Origin: Amoebophrya sp. A120
Taxonomy: Eukaryota > Protista > Dinoflagellata
Direction of reading: 5' to 3'
Assembly (NCBI GenBank): GCA_905178155.1
Contig: CAJINV010000003.1
Coordinates: 9,307,979 to 9,371,978, forward strand
Length of the DNA: 64,000 nucleotides
Shown: piece by piece, positions 25,199-39,049 of the stretch
Layout of the letters: each line of letters opens with the position of its first letter
How positions within the stretch are numbered: position 1 is the stretch's first letter
Program-made: the position numbers and the translations under genes
Notes under the pieces: model-generated
Database searches by the model: none
Told to the model about the DNA's origin: nothing
What the model saw: the letters and a program-made list of their open reading frames with translations, nothing else

Positions 25199-27424
25199 CT
25201 ACCATATCTGTCTAAAGAGTGATCCTTTTGTTGTTTCAGTGAGCATGCCCTGCAGCAGCTCGACTCCAATGCAGGTGGCGTCGTCAGCAATCGCATCCAG
25301 TCCCGCATCTGTCCCACCGCCGGGGCCGCCTGTTGCGGTCAAAAGTCGCATGGAACTCCATAGCACTCGGCACGAAAGACGTGGCAAAACAAGCACTGCC
25401 CTCTGGCGCGATCTTTAAAACACTACACCCGTAGTCTAGTAAACGTAAACCAAAAAGCAACTCAATACTACTGCCATCGTTGCCCCCGTCTCCGGCTGTG
25501 CCGGGATCTTGCCAGTTGGCCTCTTGTCGGCAGTGGGGACACATGGATATTTTGTGCGACACGTTTTCTATGGCCGCCGTGGTCTGCTCGTGATTATTCA
25601 GGATCGCAGAAGTGGTCAAGGTGTCTTGCCAGTACCGAGCCCACAGTGATCGTAAAACACCAGCGTCGCGCCGGCTTTTAAAGTAAGTGATCGGAATGGC
25701 ATAGTACTCATCGGCGTGCACGCCAAAGTCCTGCACTTTGTCAACCGGTAGATTGGTTCGCACCACCGGTGGTCCACCACCGACGGTCCGGCTTTTGCCA
25801 TGACCCGCGGCCGGGCCACGCCCGTCGTTGGAAATCGGTGGCAGCGTACGGAACGCACCGATGTCAACCTTGCCTGCGGTGCACGTGCGAAACGGGTCGA
25901 TGACAACGGCGAGAAATGGCTCCTGGTGGGCTTGGTAAAGCCGCTGCGTGCTCACGTCGATTCCGGACAGCCAAGGGCGGTAGCCTGGATGGCTATGATA
26001 CCAACCCATTATGGTCTCTTTCTTCCCGACTTGCTCTCCCAGCTCCTTGAACGTGCACATAAACTCGTTTGCCGCTGCAGATAAGTTTCAAGTTTTATTT
26101 GGGCTACTACTATACTTAAAACAAAAAGAGGAGAAGAATCCTTCTCACCTGCTAAGCTAAATGCTGCATAGAGCTGTCTTACAACATCAAAACCGGCGAA
26201 GCAAAGGCCTGCGGCCCCTCTGCCCATCATCCCGTCACTGCGAAGGCTGCCGCACACCGCTTGGCCCTCTGGTTTTACGATGGGCCGCATTAATTCACCG
26301 CGGTCCTTCTCGTCAGCACGCGCGAACCGCCCCCGTCTCGCACTACCAATAGATACACCCAAGGGCGGGCGGACTGGCGAGAGCTAGCTACGTCGCGACA
26401 CAGGCAAACTTTCAGGGATCTCTGGCCGTCTTGTGAGCCGCCCAAACCGAGCACTTCTCTTACGATAAATATCGCAATTTCTGAACCTCCGAGAGATCGC
26501 AAAAATACTTCGGCAGGCTAAGAGGATTACTCTTTTGTTTCATCTCGAGGGCGCGGGCCCCCGGAAAATTCCGAGCGCCACTTTTGAACGACAATTTTTT
26601 GCGCAGGGTCAGCATTTCACTTTCCCATTCCACGCGGCCGACGGGCCGCAGAGAGCTTTTGCTTTGGGAAAATCAAGCTGCGCGAAGGTCTGCGATTGTT
26701 TCGTTTTTTTCTTTCAGTTCCTAAGCAGCCGGGGCTCGCCGCGATCGCAGACTCCGCGCCTTTGGCCGTAGCCCAAAACACCGCCTCCCTTTTTCAGAAT
26801 CTAAGCGGGCGGAGCCGCAAAAGTGCGGCTTTTTACCCTCTTGCCGCTTCAATTTTGCGGCTTTTGCTACTTCTGATGAAAGTCGCGCAATTCTTCTGGG
26901 ATCATCTTTCTGGAGCCCACGCACACTCAGCGGCCGGTTGCGCGCCACCAAGTTGCTCCGATATGCTACGAACTGTAGAGCTTGCGCGATCCGCTTCCGA
27001 TGAGTGAGTATCTCGCACGAGCGCTTGCGAGAAGTGCTTTCGTTTACCAGATACGAACAGAATTCCGGTTCATTTTATTGCTCTTACCTGCGCCCGCGTT
27101 TACACGAGTCTCGGTTCCTTCCACAGGCAACGGGAACGCGTCTAGAACGATGAACTTTCCGCTAGCCGTGGCCTTGCCTTGCATCAGTCCCATAATTTCG
27201 AGGGAGCCTCCGCTCCGCGCGTGTAGCACCATCTTTAGTAGAGCGATCGCAGATATGTGCACTTTCTTGAAGAAGTGCGGGTCTCTTTTCCAGGGCGCGT
27301 CGTCGTACAAACGGTCTGACTCCGCCTCGTTAAACTCCCATTCCTGTTCGACCATGGCATTCTCAATTTCAAATGTGACGCGCGCCATTTCCTGCTGCGA
27401 GGGAAAGGCAGTAGAAGACGACAT
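25199..27424 (-). CDS. CSN5: COP9 signalosome subunit 5 (JAMM/MPN+ metalloprotease), 3 exons
   Basis: PWKRDPHFFKKVHISAIALLKMVLHARSGG..EIMGLMQG..PVEGTETRVNA, with an intact JAMM motif GWYHSHPGY..WLSGIDV. GT-AG intron at 26075-27087 and a second GT-AG intron at ~25331-25471. C-terminal LLQGML..SLF. Confidence 0.96.
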
Positions 27425-29340
27425 CTCCGTTGATCCGCTGACCACCGTACTGTCAGGGATGGCACTGATGGCCTTTGGTTTCGTTTTCGTTATCCTACCA
27501 CATGTGAACTAAGCACCAAGTCCAGAACTAAAAACACTTAGAAAACGTCCACAAGTGGGTGGGCCTTGAAAAGGGCTAGCTTTGTCGCTTAACTTCAGAG
27601 CAGATCCTCTTTCGAATGTGTGTCGTTTCGAGACCTGCGTGATCCCGAGTCTGGAACGAAAAAAGCCAATGAAGAGAGAGCATCTTTGACAACACATAAA
27701 ATTCAGATTGCTCAAAGGAGAGCCGGAACCTGTGTCTTTTTGAATTATGTGTTGTGGTTCATGAATTTCTCTAAAGTTGTAGTTCTAGTTTCTCGGTGAT
27801 CAACGTAACAAAATAAACACACAATCTTCGGGCGTCGAGCACTAAAATGATCTTGCGAGTTGATCGGTGTGATCTGGCAGGAATCGGCCGCAAAACCACA
27901 CGACTCGTCCAGGAGGTACAAGGAAAATCATACGGCACCAGGAGGCATGTCCGCACATCAATGCCCCGTGAACGCCTGACATCTCCAGATGTGTTTGCTC
28001 TGTTCACTCCGCTGGCTAAGGCTCAGCCTCGTCTTCTTCTTAATTTTTCGAAGCCTTTTGATACTGATCTGTATTCCCAAACTAACAACAATCGCAGTAG
28101 GTTGTGAGTAGAAAATATTCTGTAGTATCTAGCACAGGAGGCGTCGCCTCTACTACCTTGCTATCATTGTTGGAATGGAGTGGTCATTTTTCTGTTCTTC
28201 CAAGGTGCGCACCAAGCAGCTCCATCCTGAGCATGTTGCTCAGCTTATACAAAAGAAAAAGAAAAGACACTCGCAAAAACGGTCACACACTAGCGGGACG
28301 TCGCCAAACCGGAGTAGCGCCTTGCTCTTCGGAATCTCAGAAACGGAATGAGACCAACATTCGTAGACGATTGTCGGACTTAGTGTCCGCGCACCGCACT
28401 TTTCAGCCTGGAGGCACGACATTAGCCATCCTGCACGGCTTGGGGTGCCAGTGTTCGAATGGGCTCGGCGGGTGTAGTTGCCAACAGTACGCCGGACAAC
28501 GACGCCAACGTCGCTAGGATGCTGCTGCTAATCGGAATTTTCTCTGTGGCCTCGACCCAGGCCGTATTTACCCGGCGGGGACTCTTCGTTCTTGGCCCGC
28601 ATTCCAGATTTCGGAGATTAGCGTCGTTGGGGCGCCTGCCGTCTCTTTCGCAGCCATTTTGAAAAGCTAAGCACCCACGCGTTCCCATGATGCGCCACGG
28701 AGTGCGCTTTTCCGGATGCGCTTGCCTTCCTCTTGGATCGATATTGATCCGCTGCTGTTACACACGCTTGTGGTTGCAACTTTTTCTCTACCTCTCAGTG
28801 ACTCGTCTTCCAAGTTGGTACGGTGGCTGCGCTCTAAGTAGACCCTGCCAGACCACCCGACCGTTGTCTCCTTGTTACTTACTCCCGGGACGCATGCCGG
28901 AGGCCCGCGCGTCGGTTTGCAGGAGCGTCCACGTTTCGCAGCGCCACGTGGACACGCTTCACACACATGCACGGGGGAACCTGCGCACTTCACCTCCAGA
29001 GACCGTGCTTCGATCATGCCTCGCGGCAAGTCGAAGACCTGTGCATATTTCATTAGATTTTATTGATCCCTAACTGGTGCGTCTCCTCTAGAGACTTCAC
29101 GGGCGGCGCTTGGAGCCCGACAGTCCCGCGCTGAAAAAAGGAAGAGGTGGCTTAGGTCCCAGGTGGCGTAAGTCCCAGAGGGGGAGAACCGGAAGCAGCG
29201 CAACGGGGCGCGAATCCTGCATGATCAAGAAAAAAAAACCGCCTGGTTCTTTTGTTCGCTTACATCGAAGGCAGGCCCAACATCATCTTCACCGGCATTT
29301 TGTACGCTCGTTGTTCCGCCAGTGCTGCGCACACGCGCTT

Positions 29341-32300
29341 CTATGTGACCGATATCGCTGGGTCGCCGCGGGTCGCCGAATCACTCTCCTGCTCGGCATC
29401 TTCTTCTCTGAACGCGTAGCGGCCGCTTTGGTTACAAACCTTCAGTTTCTTCGGTAGACTCTGCAACCGGCGCGAACGCAGGAAGTGGCGAATCCGCACT
29501 GGAGATGGTGGCCCCTCCGGCCCATAAAAGAAAGAAAACTCGGCGCCGGACGCAACAGCCGCTTCGTCTGTCCTCGTCTCTCCAAGCTGGTCACGATGCT
29601 CAGCGTTCCCGGAGAGCAGTTGCTCTCGAAAACGGTCGTTCATCTGGACTGTCTCCTTATTCTCGACCCAGCCTCCGGCTTCAAAGTGAAATGCCAGCAA
29701 TGTACTTTCGCCATCTGGCGCTTCCTCGTCGTAATGAAACGCGTGTCCCCACAGGGTGCGAGGGTCCAGCGGAGCCCACCGTGGGATGACCGCACTCCCG
29801 TCCTCTGCGACATCTTGCGCAATCTTTTCCTCCATGACTTGTAGACGCTGTTCCGCACCATACATCACCTTGAAAACCCGGGGCCAGGGGATATGATGTC
29901 ATCGATCCGTAAGAGCATGCATACTTACTTGCGTTCGCAGCTAGAACTGGGGCAAATCATGCTATGCTCCTACACAAACAAAGTTTTGCATTGCTAGAGC
30001 TGCTATCTGAGATTGAGTATGCTCATGGTCATACACATGCTCACCTTCCCAGGCCACATCAATCACCTCGCGACGTGACAAATGATGATTTGAATCTGTT
30101 CGCGACGTGGCAAATATATGCCAGTAATATATACTCCCTGTCCCTGAGGTGAAAAAAATTGTAGTTTCAGAGTGGATATTGCTTTCACTTTTCCTTTCTG
30201 TCAGGGCATCGTCGTTGAAGTAGCGGTAGAACTGGAATAGTTTCTTTTTCCCCACGTACGGCAAGGTCCACCTTTCTGCCCGACGCTGATAAGCCAGGTT
30301 GTCTCCGAGCATGGCGCTCATCAGCTTTTGGTGGCAGCCCTCGGGATGGCGGTAGACGTACGCTGCAAACTTGAGGAACCAGCGCTTCATCATGTATCAA
30401 AGGAAACAGCTGTCTCCTCACAAATGCACCCGGTTTTTATCACAATGCGTTTTTACTGCAACCTTGCACCTAAGCTAGGGTGAACCTGAGCCGGTCTTGC
30501 GGAACCAGGCCAGTTTCTCGATTAGGGAAGACAATTCCACGGCGTGTGGTGCCAGCATGCAAAACCTTGCTCAAACCCAAGACCCTGCTCGTGGGTAACT
30601 TGTACCGGTGCGGCCGCAATGAGCGACGTGTGCTATTACAAAGGAACGCTTGCAATGTTGAAACCGGGCGTGGAGAAACGCGCGCTCGTCGTCTGCATAT
30701 CACGAGGGTGGGACGCATCCACCAGAATCCATTGTTGATACAGTCGTCCAGGATGCTTCCGCCCACCAACAAATCCACACCCAGAGCGTCCGCCTTCGCC
30801 CGCAGCGCAGCGGCGGGCGGGCGCAGCAGGTAGGTGTCAAAGTCCACGTACGCCACGTGAAAGTTGTGATGCAGGAGCGGAAGTCCCAACCAGAACTGCG
30901 AGCCATGCCACTGGCTCAGACCGCGTCTGTATCCTGTGGAAAAGAGCCCCTGCGGGCGACAGTTAACCCGGAAACCGCCCGGGAGCTTGGCACTACTTAT
31001 TTCACAATCACAACTCACGCGGTCCTGATATCATCAATAGACTGACTCTGACATAAACATGATCATGCAAAAATAATAGACAATAGACACCATGCAAAAA
31101 TAATAAAGGGCCTTGCGCTCTTCGGGTTGACGAGCGGGGGAAGGCTCTTTTCCGCCTGGTAAAACGCACCGGCGACGCTGTACTAGCTCATCGTACCCTT
31201 GCAGGCGTCCTGCACTCGTCGTCGCGGCGGAGGTCTCGCTTTCATCTGCTGTCCAACCAACGGGAGCGAAGATTTCGTCGAGAAAGACCGCAAGCCGATT
31301 TATTTTGCGGTCCCATCGTTCTTCCTCCGGGTTGGCAGCTGGTGCCAGTCCGTTGCGGCGCGCCGAAAGTGGCCGCTTGGCGAGCGCGCGCTGGAGCTCC
31401 TCTTGTTCGAACTCCATGGCGTCGCGCAAATTCGAGAACCAAGCCCAAAAAGCCATCTGCGTGTGGGTTTCAGACGACGAAGTCGCCGACTCGCTTGTGC
31501 TCTTGTTCTGCGGAAGCTGCCGAAAAATTTCCGCGAAGCGTTGCAGCACCGCGGAGCGGTGGGCCTGAGTATCGTAGGGTGGTTCTTCAAGCGCGCTTGT
31601 TGCGGGTGGTTCCTCTCCTCGCTGGTCAGGCAAACCGGTGCTGCCAGCGGAAGCAGGAGCCAAATCGTCGACGTAGTCCTGCTCCTCGAACGTCTCCCCA
31701 TTTTCACGCGCATCGTGGTACGCGTCTAGCGCTCCGATTAGGCTGCGGAACTTCGTAACTGCCGCGTCGCCAGCAAAGCTGTTACAGGCCGTGCTCTGCA
31801 GGCATGTGTAATACCGCATATAGCCGCCGAAGCAGGAAGGCGTGACGTCGCTGGTGTTTTCTTGCCTCCGGCCGACGAGCCGACGAGCGACCTGACTAGG
31901 CAAAGCAGCCAGAAGACGGCCGCAAAGCCATCGGCTCTGGCGTTCTTTTCCTGTCTCGTCTGGCTCTGGCGCAGCGACCAAAAACGCAGCAATTATAGGG
32001 TGACCCCCATTCAACGTTCGGGGGCGGCCGCCGGCGCTTGTGGCTCTTGTACTGCGGCCATTCCCCGGCTTCCCGACCGAAGCAATGGGCCGAGATCCAT
32101 TGGCCTTCGGTGCGGCCGCGGAGCGGCGGCAAGCCCGGGGCTTCGGCGGTTTCACGCGCCCTGTTCTTTTCGCGTTCTACTTTTAATGCAGATGTGCCAC
32201 GTATTTCAATTTCTATGCGAAGCTGCCCCGGACCGGAAGTGGCTCAAAGGCAACCGCCTTCGAAGTTGGCGGTCGCTTCTTATCCCCAAAAAAGCTGCTT

Positions 32301-35300
32301 CCCTGTTTTTGTCTGGCACTTAGTGCCCCTATTTTTGGGCGCCCGGAATCGGGGCAGGTGCCTCAGAAGGGCGGCAGTTTTGTCAGCTCGCCTGTGTCGT
32401 TTTTGTCGCTTGCTTTCGATAAAACTCGTTCGGGATTCGTTGGCGGCAAAGCTGAACAGGCTTGAGTGCTTGTTTTTTTCAGAGGAGTAAAGAAGCCCCG
32501 GCCGGTTAGAAATTGCCAATCGTTTTTGGCGGTTTCTGACAAGAAAACTCCCGCGCTAGAACATTCACGCCCTCACTTCCTGTCCATACGAGCGTTTGTC
32601 GTGTGTGAAAACCAGGCACTATGCACGCGTCAGGTGTGGTCGTGTACAGACTGTCAAAGCGAAAAAACCCAATAAAATTTCTACTTACGATACAAACACG
32701 TGGAAAATCATTTTTGCAAATACTTGCTCAGATGAAAAACTATTTTCTTTGACGAGTCTGTTCTTCAACGGCTAGAACCTGCATAAGTATTCCGCCGTGC
32801 TGCCTGGGACGTCCCGAACCAGCTGTTTCAATCGCCGATTAGTATTGCACGGAAACAGCTGCACAGAAGTGGCCCCTGCCTTGATACTAGGGATACTAGC
32901 ACTCATCGATGTCTTCTACAGAAAACGTTTTCTAGGTCAATGCAGATTATCTACCAAGAAGTGAACATGCTCTCCTCCTATCGATGTCACACAGGAAACA
33001 TGCTGCAGCGTTTGCTTTGTGCGATACCACGTGGCCTCCATGTACTGGGTGTATTTTCCCCACACATTGGACAAGAAAACAGTGTCCACCCCTCCCGCCA
33101 GTGCCCGAACGTCCACGTAACGCGAGAGCGCCTTGGTAACGAAGGGTCGGGGAGCCGGGGCGCGCTCACCCACCTTTATGTTCGTGGCCGCAGGACCCAC
33201 CGACGACGCTTGTTGTTCCGACGACGCATCCTGCCGCCCGCCTTGCTCGTGGCCGGAACTGGTCCGACCTTTTGGCAACGGAGAATCAGGGCGCGTGGCT
33301 TCTTCATCTTCCGCAGGCGGGCGCCAGGGTAGGAACAGACTGAGCGGGCCCTCATGCACGCTCGTTATGACCCGACTGACAGATGGCGGACTGTTCCGAT
33401 GTTGATGCCCGGTTGTTACGGGAGGGTTCTCCGAGTCAAAAGTTGTCCGTGCAACGCGTTGCTCCACTACCTCAGTGGACTGCTCTTTCAGATCCTTCAT
33501 TTTGAACATCAAGTCGACAGCGCCGTCTCGGGGGTTCTTTATCGCTAAATTCGAAGTCACGATGCTGTTCACCACCTTGGGAAAAAGTGTCAGCTTTTCT
33601 TCGGCGCCAGCCGACGAGGCCGTGGCTTCTTCATCGCCCCGAGTGCCGCCACTCGCGGAAGCAACCACAGCGGTCTTCAGCCACAAAATTTCCCCCACCG
33701 ACGCTTCCGGGGCAAGCCAAACTTCGTCCACGGTGCTGTCGGCGGCCAGAATGAGCTGCTCCACGGTGGACCCGTTTTCGAGTCGTAAAACGCCGATGTG
33801 TGCGAAGGCGGACAATTTCAGGGTGCCGATTGTCTTCTCCGCTGCGACCAGCATGTGGCGCGCACGGGTAAAAAGCGTCACCCTGAAATACTCGACATTG
33901 CCGCTTACCCGGATTTGCTCGACCGTCGGAGGCACTTGCAGGTGTTTTTCCTCGACTAGTGCGCGCGCGTGTTTGCCTACTGCGTTAAAGTCCCCCTCTG
34001 CAAACAGTTCCCCAGCGAGGTCCTGCACACTCCCGAAACGCCGCGCAGGCTTCTGGGCCAAGTACTGCCGCGAGACTGCTGCTTCTGCGTCCGACAAAGA
34101 CGACCGGCCCAAGCGATAATAAGCCTTGTCTTCGGAACGAAGCCGGCCACCCGCGAGTGCAGATGTAATTCGCGCGGTGAAGTCTTGCCGCGGAGTGTAC
34201 GCGGTTCTTCGTTTTGTATCTTCAACACGGTGGTCCCCCTCGCCTCGGTGGATCCCTTCGTCCAGGACCTGCCCCATTTCCTCGCTTAGCCCCTCATCCT
34301 CCAGAGCTTTTCGCGTCTCCCACAGCAGCAAGGCGTGTAGCTGCTCAAGTGCTTCGATGCGCTCCAGCAGAAGCCGTGCACCGTCCGCCTCTTCTGGCAT
34401 CGCGCATGCCGTGCCGTCGATCTCAATGAACTGCTCATGTGCTGACTTCACATCGACGAAGAAAAACCCTTCGCGGAAAACCCAGCCCGGATCGCGATCT
34501 CGATGCTCGGCTTCCGTGCCCCCGTGCAGGTACGCCGGCGCGGCGGGCAACTTCGCGCGAAGTATACGGTCGCTCTCGCTGGCCGCGAAGTGGTCGCGGT
34601 AAGTGTACTTCGAGTCCTCGAAAATCGCTTGCGCCAAGGTCTGGCTTGAGGATCGGCGCAGCAGCCCCGAGGCCACGTTGGCCAGCAAGACCGGCTGCCC
34701 CTGCAGTGAGGGCGCACGTGCGCCGCGCTCCGGTTCCTCCCTTGCTTCCAGCCCCTTCGTCCCCATTTGCTCCGGGTGTTCTGCATTCGCCAGGTCGGAC
34801 TGCACCTCCGCCGCGGGGCGGAGCAACCAACGGGGGTTGCCAACCACCGCTACGTCTGATGAAGACGGCACCCGGACGGCCTCATCCCAGACACAGGCGC
34901 GCGAGGCCAGTTCTCGGCTGCGAATCCACGCCAGACGATCAAGCACCATCTCCAATAGCACACGCAGTTTCATCAGCCTCTGCCGGCCTTGCGGTGACGC
35001 TGCGAGAATGGCCGCGTCTTGAATAATGCCTGCGCTGGGCCCCGCGCTCTCCATGACGCGCTCCACGTGCAAAGTCAGTTCGCGCACGTTCCGCAGCGGT
35101 GCCGAGCTGAAAGGCGCTGCTCCGCTAGAGAGTCCCTGAAAGACGACACGCACAGCCCTGCCACTGCTGCGCAAGCCCAACTCGCGTTTCTTTAGGTGTT
35201 CAAAAAGTCGTGGGCGCGGGGTTGCGCCGTCGCTGGTCTCCCCGCTGGTGGTCTCCTGCGTCGCCACGTGGGGGCGACGGACGACGTCCGAGGCTTTCAA

Positions 35301-38300
35301 TTCGTCGGCATACACCCACTCCGTTTCGTACTCGGAGTCAGGAGCGTTTGACCCGACATCCTTCCGATGGCTGTCCAGCACCTGCGCGACGTAGCCACCC
35401 CAGTCTTTGTTGCGGATCGCGCCCCAGGTCGCGGCCTCAGCGTCCTGGTGCTCTTCAGCGTTTGCAACCCGGCGGTACCGCCGATTCCAATCATCTACTC
35501 CTTCTGCTGACGCATCGTTTATTTCATCTTGTTCTTCAGTCGCAAGGTTCGGCACCCCCTCCTTCCATGCTTGAAACAAGCGCAGCCGCGAGTCGCGATC
35601 GCGCTGCAGTGCGTGCAGAGTGGAAGAGCCCCCGGCACGGACGGAAAGTTCCTCTTCGAAGTCGTACCGGTAGTCGTGTCCCCGGTGGGTGCCGGCACCG
35701 AGCAGCCACATCCAACCGACCACGGGCCACGAAGAGGCCAGCACGCAGTCCAGGTCGCAGAACCAAACGGGTGTCTTGTACCTCCCAATGCCGTGCGACT
35801 GCATCATGTCTGATGCCACGCGGTCGCGAAATTGGGACACGTGCGAATAACCAAACGTCTTCAGCTCCTCGGGCATTGGGGTGGTTGCCTCTGCGAGCTG
35901 CGCGAGCCGACGCGGCCCGTCGTGAAGTAGACTGAGAAACACCGCTCGCATGATCTTCCAGTCCCCCTCTCCGGACTCCGGTTCCCCTTTGAAGCTGATC
36001 AGGAGTCGGTACAGAATGTAGAGCCAATACCCCGTTGGACAAACGTGCTGCAGCTTGTGAAAGTAGGTGTCCGCAATGGGTGTCTCCAAGTAAAACTCAA
36101 AGAGCGCGGGCGCGAACCCTTCGGCCCAGGATTCCACGCCGGACGAAAAGACCCGTCGATGCTCTTCCCCCGCCAGAATCGAGCGAGCCAGGCGCACGGG
36201 CTCCGTTCCCACTGCGAGAAAGTCCTCCGGCGACAGAGCCTCCAATACCCCTGCGTCCAGGGCATCGAACAGAGGCCGGAACGCTTCGAACATGCCGCCC
36301 TGGACCTCAAACGTGCGTGGCTCCTGCGCAAGCGGGTCAAGCCGCGCGTCGTTCGGCGAGCCCATGCTGTTTGCCAGCGGCTCGCGTTGTTCCCGTGTGG
36401 AAAGTGCAAAATCCCACTCGCGCACGGCCGGAAGGATCGTCGAGTTACCGGTACCGCTTGAAGAAATATCGCAGCGCATCACAGAATCATGGTACAGTGT
36501 GCCATAAGGAGAGGTCAACACCTGCGAGGCTGCGCGCAACCGGTCCTCGGCAACGTTGAAAAAGAGATCACGCGCCACGGCGCGGGGGGATAGGAGAGCC
36601 CTTTCATTTGACTGCTCACCTGGGGTCGCCCAAGGCTCTTTCGCGTCCTGGCGCTGCAAGTGTTCGGTTTCCTCCAAATGGAATTTTCTCCACCCGACGT
36701 GATTTGCGTGAAGGTCGTAACTGGGAAAAACCGGCGCGAGAAGCCGATCCACAAAGGCTGTTCCGGACAAGTTCTCGTCGCGCGATATGGATGTGTCAGA
36801 GTTGAAATCGACAAAGTTTGTCATGCATGAAATGGATGCCAGCTGGAACCCAGTTTCCAAGTGGCGCAAGACAAATTTCGGTGGTCCCAAAATCCAGTCT
36901 GTCATGCTTTTTAGGCAAAGAGTGCGATTTTCTCATGCTACTTTAGCAGCTCGAGCTGTAACCCCAAACAGGCTTACAATCGGCCTCACTTCCCTGCTCT
37001 GCAACGCACGTGCCTTGGGTCATGCATTTTATGCATTGCAAATTATTTCAACTTTGACGATTTCAAACCTGACGCTTCCATACGCCACGCGCGCGACTTA
37101 GCGAGCACGAGCAAGATCGGCCACCGCGTGTACAGAAAGGGTTTGACTCGATTCTCAAGAACCTCAAAGCACTGCGCAATCAGACTTTTCCAGTCTCTAC
37201 CAAGATGAAAAATCCGCCGCCGGACAATTTTCAAAAGTTTCACTTTCCGGCGCGGGTTTGCAGATTTTTAAATAACTGTTCTCCTGGAGTTGCGCGAGCC
37301 ACGCCGACGTCCAGCTTTCGCAATGCGGTGCGGCTGAGAGCTTCGCCCCCCCCGCCCCTTGATCCGTTTGGAATGCCAGAATACTATAGTAAGAACGCCT
37401 TCTGATTTGATTTTGGAAACAACAGAAGCCGCAGGGAATAAATGTTTTGCTACTTCAGACTTGCTCCCCCCACTTTTATCTTTGTCAGACCCGAGAACTT
37501 CTGGCTCAACTACCGATGAACCCGGGGGAATCCACGCATGGAGGGTCTCGGCAAGAGCAGCCGAGAAGTGATAATTCTGAAATTTGTCCGGGGGCGCCTA
37601 TTTCGCTTGGTAGTCTTTGCATACTTGCCACTTTTTGCCTTCTAGAACGTGCTGCTTCAGGTAAAGAGTCGCATTGGCACGTGGGTCGTTGGTACCGCCG
37701 GACGCATGGAGATCACCTGTATGGCTGTCCACCCCCGCATCGTGTTCTACTGCTTTTGCGTCTTTTTCGACCGACGGTCCAAACAAGATGTCGTCGGCCG
37801 TCCCGGTGCTGACTCCCGGTGTGTACGTACCGTACAAGACGGTGGATGAAAAAAGACTTGCGAGGCCTTGCTCGTGGAGGAACTTGCGGAAGTGCTGCTT
37901 CCGGGAAAAGTCTTCTTTGAAAGTGTGGCTACATCGTACATAGTTTACTGCTACAGAAAACAAAACCCCGAGCGGGCATTGCAATACCGCAAGAGTCAGA
38001 TTCGGGTGATGGGTCGGGGCAGGAGGACGCTCGCGTCTTGGCAGCAGTTCCGCGTCCCCAACGCGGGCCCGAAGCCAATAGCTCAAGATCCGATGTTCGT
38101 CCACCGTTTCGACTTGGGCATACGCAGACTCCTCCTTGCGGACTCGGTCTTCGGTAACTGTTTCAGTGAAAAGCTCGCGATGAAACAGCGCCTGCACTTT
38201 CTTCAAGTAAGCAGCGAAGCTGACTTCGTAGGCACCGAACCGAATCGTCGGCGCTGAGTAACAGTCATAGTCCGGGAATATCCGCTCGCGTGGTCTGTGG

Positions 38301-38464
38301 CTCCAAGCTGCGGGTAGAGGCGTTGCCCCCCAGCTTAGTGGAGGCGGCTCGAAGTCAACCAATGAGGATTCGGCAGGGCAAAGCCACGGTGCGAGCATTG
38401 CGAGACGGATAAGCATCACGCCACGAATGGCTCGCGCAAGAGCAGGTGTGTCCGCGATGCTCAT
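29341..38464 (-). CDS. Very large multi-exon protein with a C-terminal nucleotide-diphospho-sugar transferase (GT77-like) domain
   Basis: Exons at ~38464-37660, 36905-~33000 (1322-aa open frame), ~31795-31092, ~30897-30710, ~30390-30200 and ~29900-29341. DxD motif VAYVDFDTYLL, CINNGFWWMRPT, HQKLM and LLAFHF. Hydrophobic N-terminus. Joining all exons into one gene is inferred. Confidence 0.7.
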
Positions 38465-39049
38465 TCTTTCTGGGCACCGTGCGAGGTCCACCACTATTGA
38501 AGCAAGGGGTTGCCCACTCGTACTTCTATTTCTAGCTTTTGCGCTTCAAATAAATGGCCGCGCTCCCCCCACACGCCGCGCTCTGATTTTGTAGTGCAGA
38601 ACGCGCTCACCCCTGACAGTAACTTCTTCACTAAGGTAAGGAAAACCGGGTCGACTTTCGAAAGCGCGCCGTCCTGGGAATACAGCCAAACAAGCTGCAG
38701 CGCCAAACCGCAGGACGAAGATCGTAACTGTGATTCAAGCGGTTAGACAAGGGTGCTCGAAGGGTGAAGAAGTACAAAGAACTAAAGAAAGCACTAAAGC
38801 GCCGACAGTTTTATCAATCCCGGCGCGAGTCCGATCATATTTATAGATCTCGAAATACCAGCACGCCTCTTCTGCGCGCTGAGCAGGTTCGGGTGAAACA
38901 CTTCCAACGAAAAGAACGCGGAGGACGAACCCAAAAACGCACGCCAAGCAGCGCCTTACCGCGCCGCTATTCCACGGGCTGCAACTTAACCCATCACAAC
39001 TGTTCGCGAAAAGAAGCTGAAGGGCCCGGGCGTAATCATAAGAGTGCGC

